From positions 61 through 64,060 of the forward strand of contig JAUVYE010000002.1 of assembly GCA_030603245.1 (NCBI GenBank): a DNA stretch of 64,000 nucleotides, given 5' to 3'. Source of the stretch: a bacterium. Lineage in GTDB: Bacteria > Patescibacteriota > Minisyncoccia > Minisyncoccales > DG-74-3. Shown here piece by piece: positions 62,483 to 64,000 of this stretch. The stretch's first letter is position 1; each line of letters opens with the position of its first letter. The position numbers and the translations under genes are program-made. The notes below the pieces were generated by a model. That model had not been told where the DNA came from, did not search any database, and was given only the letters and a program-made list of their open reading frames with translations.

Positions 62483-63712
62483 TTATCTATCTTCAATAAA
62501 AGTTAAGGCCATTCCTTTTTTGTCCATTCTTCCAGTACGACCAATACGATGAACATAATTAGTATAAGTTGCAGGCACGTCATAGTTAATAACATGACTA
62601 ATGTTATTAATGTCTAAACCACGCGCAGCAACATCAGTTGCTACAAGAATTTGAGCATGATTCTCTTTAAATAAGCGTAAAGCTTTTTGACGTTGAGAGT
62701 TGTTCTTGTTCCCATGTATAGATTGTGCTTTAAATCCCTTGCCAGAAAGAATTCTTGATAGCCTTTCAACTCCATGTTTAGTTCTTCCGAAGATAAGCAC
62801 CTTTCTAAGTTCTTCTTTATGTAAGAGATTGCTTAAAATGTCTAATTTATTTTCCCCACGTCCTATTTTAACAATATTTTGTTCAATGTTTTTAGCAGTA
62901 TCTCTGGTTTTAACAGAAATTTTAATAGGATCTCTAAGAAATTCTTTAATTAAACCATCTATCTTAGAAGACATGGTAGCTGAGAAGAAAAGAACTTGGC
63001 GTTCTTTGGGCATTAAATTCATAATGAATCTAGTATCATGAATAAATCCCATGTCTAACATTCTATCTGCTTCGTCTAAGACGATATTATTAATATTAGA
63101 TAAATTAATAGCCTTTCTTCCTATTAAATCTCTTAATCTTCCTGGGGTACCAATAATAGCATTATATTGACGACGACGAAGGCTAGAAATTTGTTTTCTT
63201 ATACTTAAGCCTCCTACACAATAAACAGAAAAGATTTTTAATCCTTTAGTAAATAATCTGAACTCTTCATCTATTTGTAAGGCAAGTTCTCTAGTTGGAG
63301 TAACAATTAAAACTTTTTCTTTAGGATTTAATATAATCTTATTAATTAAAGGCAAAAGAAAGGCTGCTGTCTTTCCTGTTCCAGTATTGGCAACACCAAC
63401 AACGTCTACTCCTTTAATAGCCTCAGGAATAGCTTTGTCTTGAATAGGGGTTGGTGTTTTGTATCCTCTCAAAGAAATAATCTGTTTTAATCTTGAGTCA
63501 AGATCAAAATCTTGAAATTCATTTTCAATCTTAATAACATCAATTCCTTCATCCATAACAGCTTTATTAATAAATCTGGCTGGATCTATTTTTTTTCCTC
63601 TAAAAGCACTTCTTGATCTTCTGCTGAAGGAACGAGAAGAATTCCTTCTCTTGAAACGAGAGGATGAAGAAGAGGATTTTTTAAATCTATTGTTTTTACT
63701 TTTTTTATACAT
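62483..63712 (-). CDS. DEAD-box ATP-dependent RNA helicase with an Arg/Ser-rich N-terminal tail
   Basis: 409 aa. Q-motif region, ANTGTGKT, VLDEADRML, SAT, HRIGRTGR. The first ~40 aa are K/R/S low complexity. Confidence 0.9.
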   Translation of the reverse strand: MYKKSKNNRFKKSSSSSSRFKRRNSSRSFSRRSRSAFRGKKIDPARFINKAVMDEGIDVIKIENEFQDFDLDSRLKQIISLRGYKTPTPIQDKAIPEAIKGVDVVGVANTGTGKTAAFLLPLINKIILNPKEKVLIVTPTRELALQIDEEFRLFTKGLKIFSVYCVGGLSIRKQISSLRRRQYNAIIGTPGRLRDLIGRKAINLSNINNIVLDEADRMLDMGFIHDTRFIMNLMPKERQVLFFSATMSSKIDGLIKEFLRDPIKISVKTRDTAKNIEQNIVKIGRGENKLDILSNLLHKEELRKVLIFGRTKHGVERLSRILSGKGFKAQSIHGNKNNSQRQKALRLFKENHAQILVATDVAARGLDINNISHVINYDVPATYTNYVHRIGRTGRMDKKGMALTFIEDR

Positions 63713-63857
63713 ATTTTTTAAGGGAATCTCTTTAGTAGTTGCCCAATGTTTAAAAAAATAAAAAGGCGACTATTTAGTCTCCAATTTTTCGGGCTTTAAG
63801 GTTTTTACAAGAGATTTCTCTTAAAAAACAAAAAACTATGAGATTCAGTGTATTGAT

Positions 63858-63886
63858 AGTATATACCAAAATTAATTTTCTGTCAA
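63858..63886 (-). promoter_or_regulatory. Helicase gene promoter (TTGACA-17-TATACT on the minus strand)
   Basis: Read on the reverse complement. Implies a ~140-nt 5' UTR. Confidence 0.5.
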
Positions 63887-63992
63887 TACTTGATCAAATT
63901 ATTGAAATTTTAGCTTTTTTGTTTGGGCCATAATTCTATATATGAAACTTGAAACCACCTCTTTGGCGATTTTTGTGTGTGAACGTCATACT

Positions 63993-64000
63993 ACATAGAT
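63993..64000 (+). repeat. Box 2, probable copy 4, truncated by the window end
   Basis: The window ends in ..CTACATAGAT, matching the first 8 nt of the 30-mer and the same xxACATAGAT context as the other copies. Confidence 0.5.

Overview
This is an AT-rich bacterial fragment, roughly one third GC by eye with rRNA much richer. It has the hallmarks of a Candidate Phyla Radiation / Patescibacteria (Parcubacteria-like) genome: short, tightly packed and often ATGA-overlapping genes, rRNA genes interrupted by LAGLIDADG-encoding insertions, and an unlinked rRNA locus. From 1 to 50 kb the content is housekeeping: ADP-forming acetyl-CoA synthetase, PEP synthase, a PfkB kinase and class II aldolase, ribosomal proteins L25, L31, S2, L9 and L27, EF-Ts, a short RF1, mreC-mreD-PBP2, greA, lysS, a T-box-like leader with serS, a murF / DegT / FemAB / ftsQ wall cluster, CIRCE with hrcA-grpE-dnaK-dnaJ, ctp, uppS, and an ECF sigma pair. 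The rRNA locus at 12.7-21.0 kb holds a 16S with an 841-nt insertion, then a methyltransferase, tRNA-Ile, tRNA-Ala and a membrane protein, then a 23S with an 881-nt group-I-like intron, and 5S. From 50.0 to about 61.3 kb lies an accessory island, almost all on the minus strand. It carries a tyrosine recombinase, a membrane protein with a possible PD-(D/E)xK domain, a wHTH-AlbA_2 protein and four tandem mini-HTH paralogs. It also carries a five-gene operon (73 aa, 203 aa, a 702-aa GHKL ATPase, a DnaA-domain-IV / sigma-r4 / Zn-ribbon protein, and a membrane S1 protease) and an HNH restriction-modification pair. A family of short conserved boxes (core ATTGTGCG[A/T]C) punctuates this island and the next 3 kb. 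The best candidate for an undescribed system is the GHKL-centred operon, which has its own promoter and palindromic operator. All calls come from reading the sequence and the ORF track. No database search or RNA folding was run, so domain calls rest on motifs I can see and coordinates of RNA ends are approximate.
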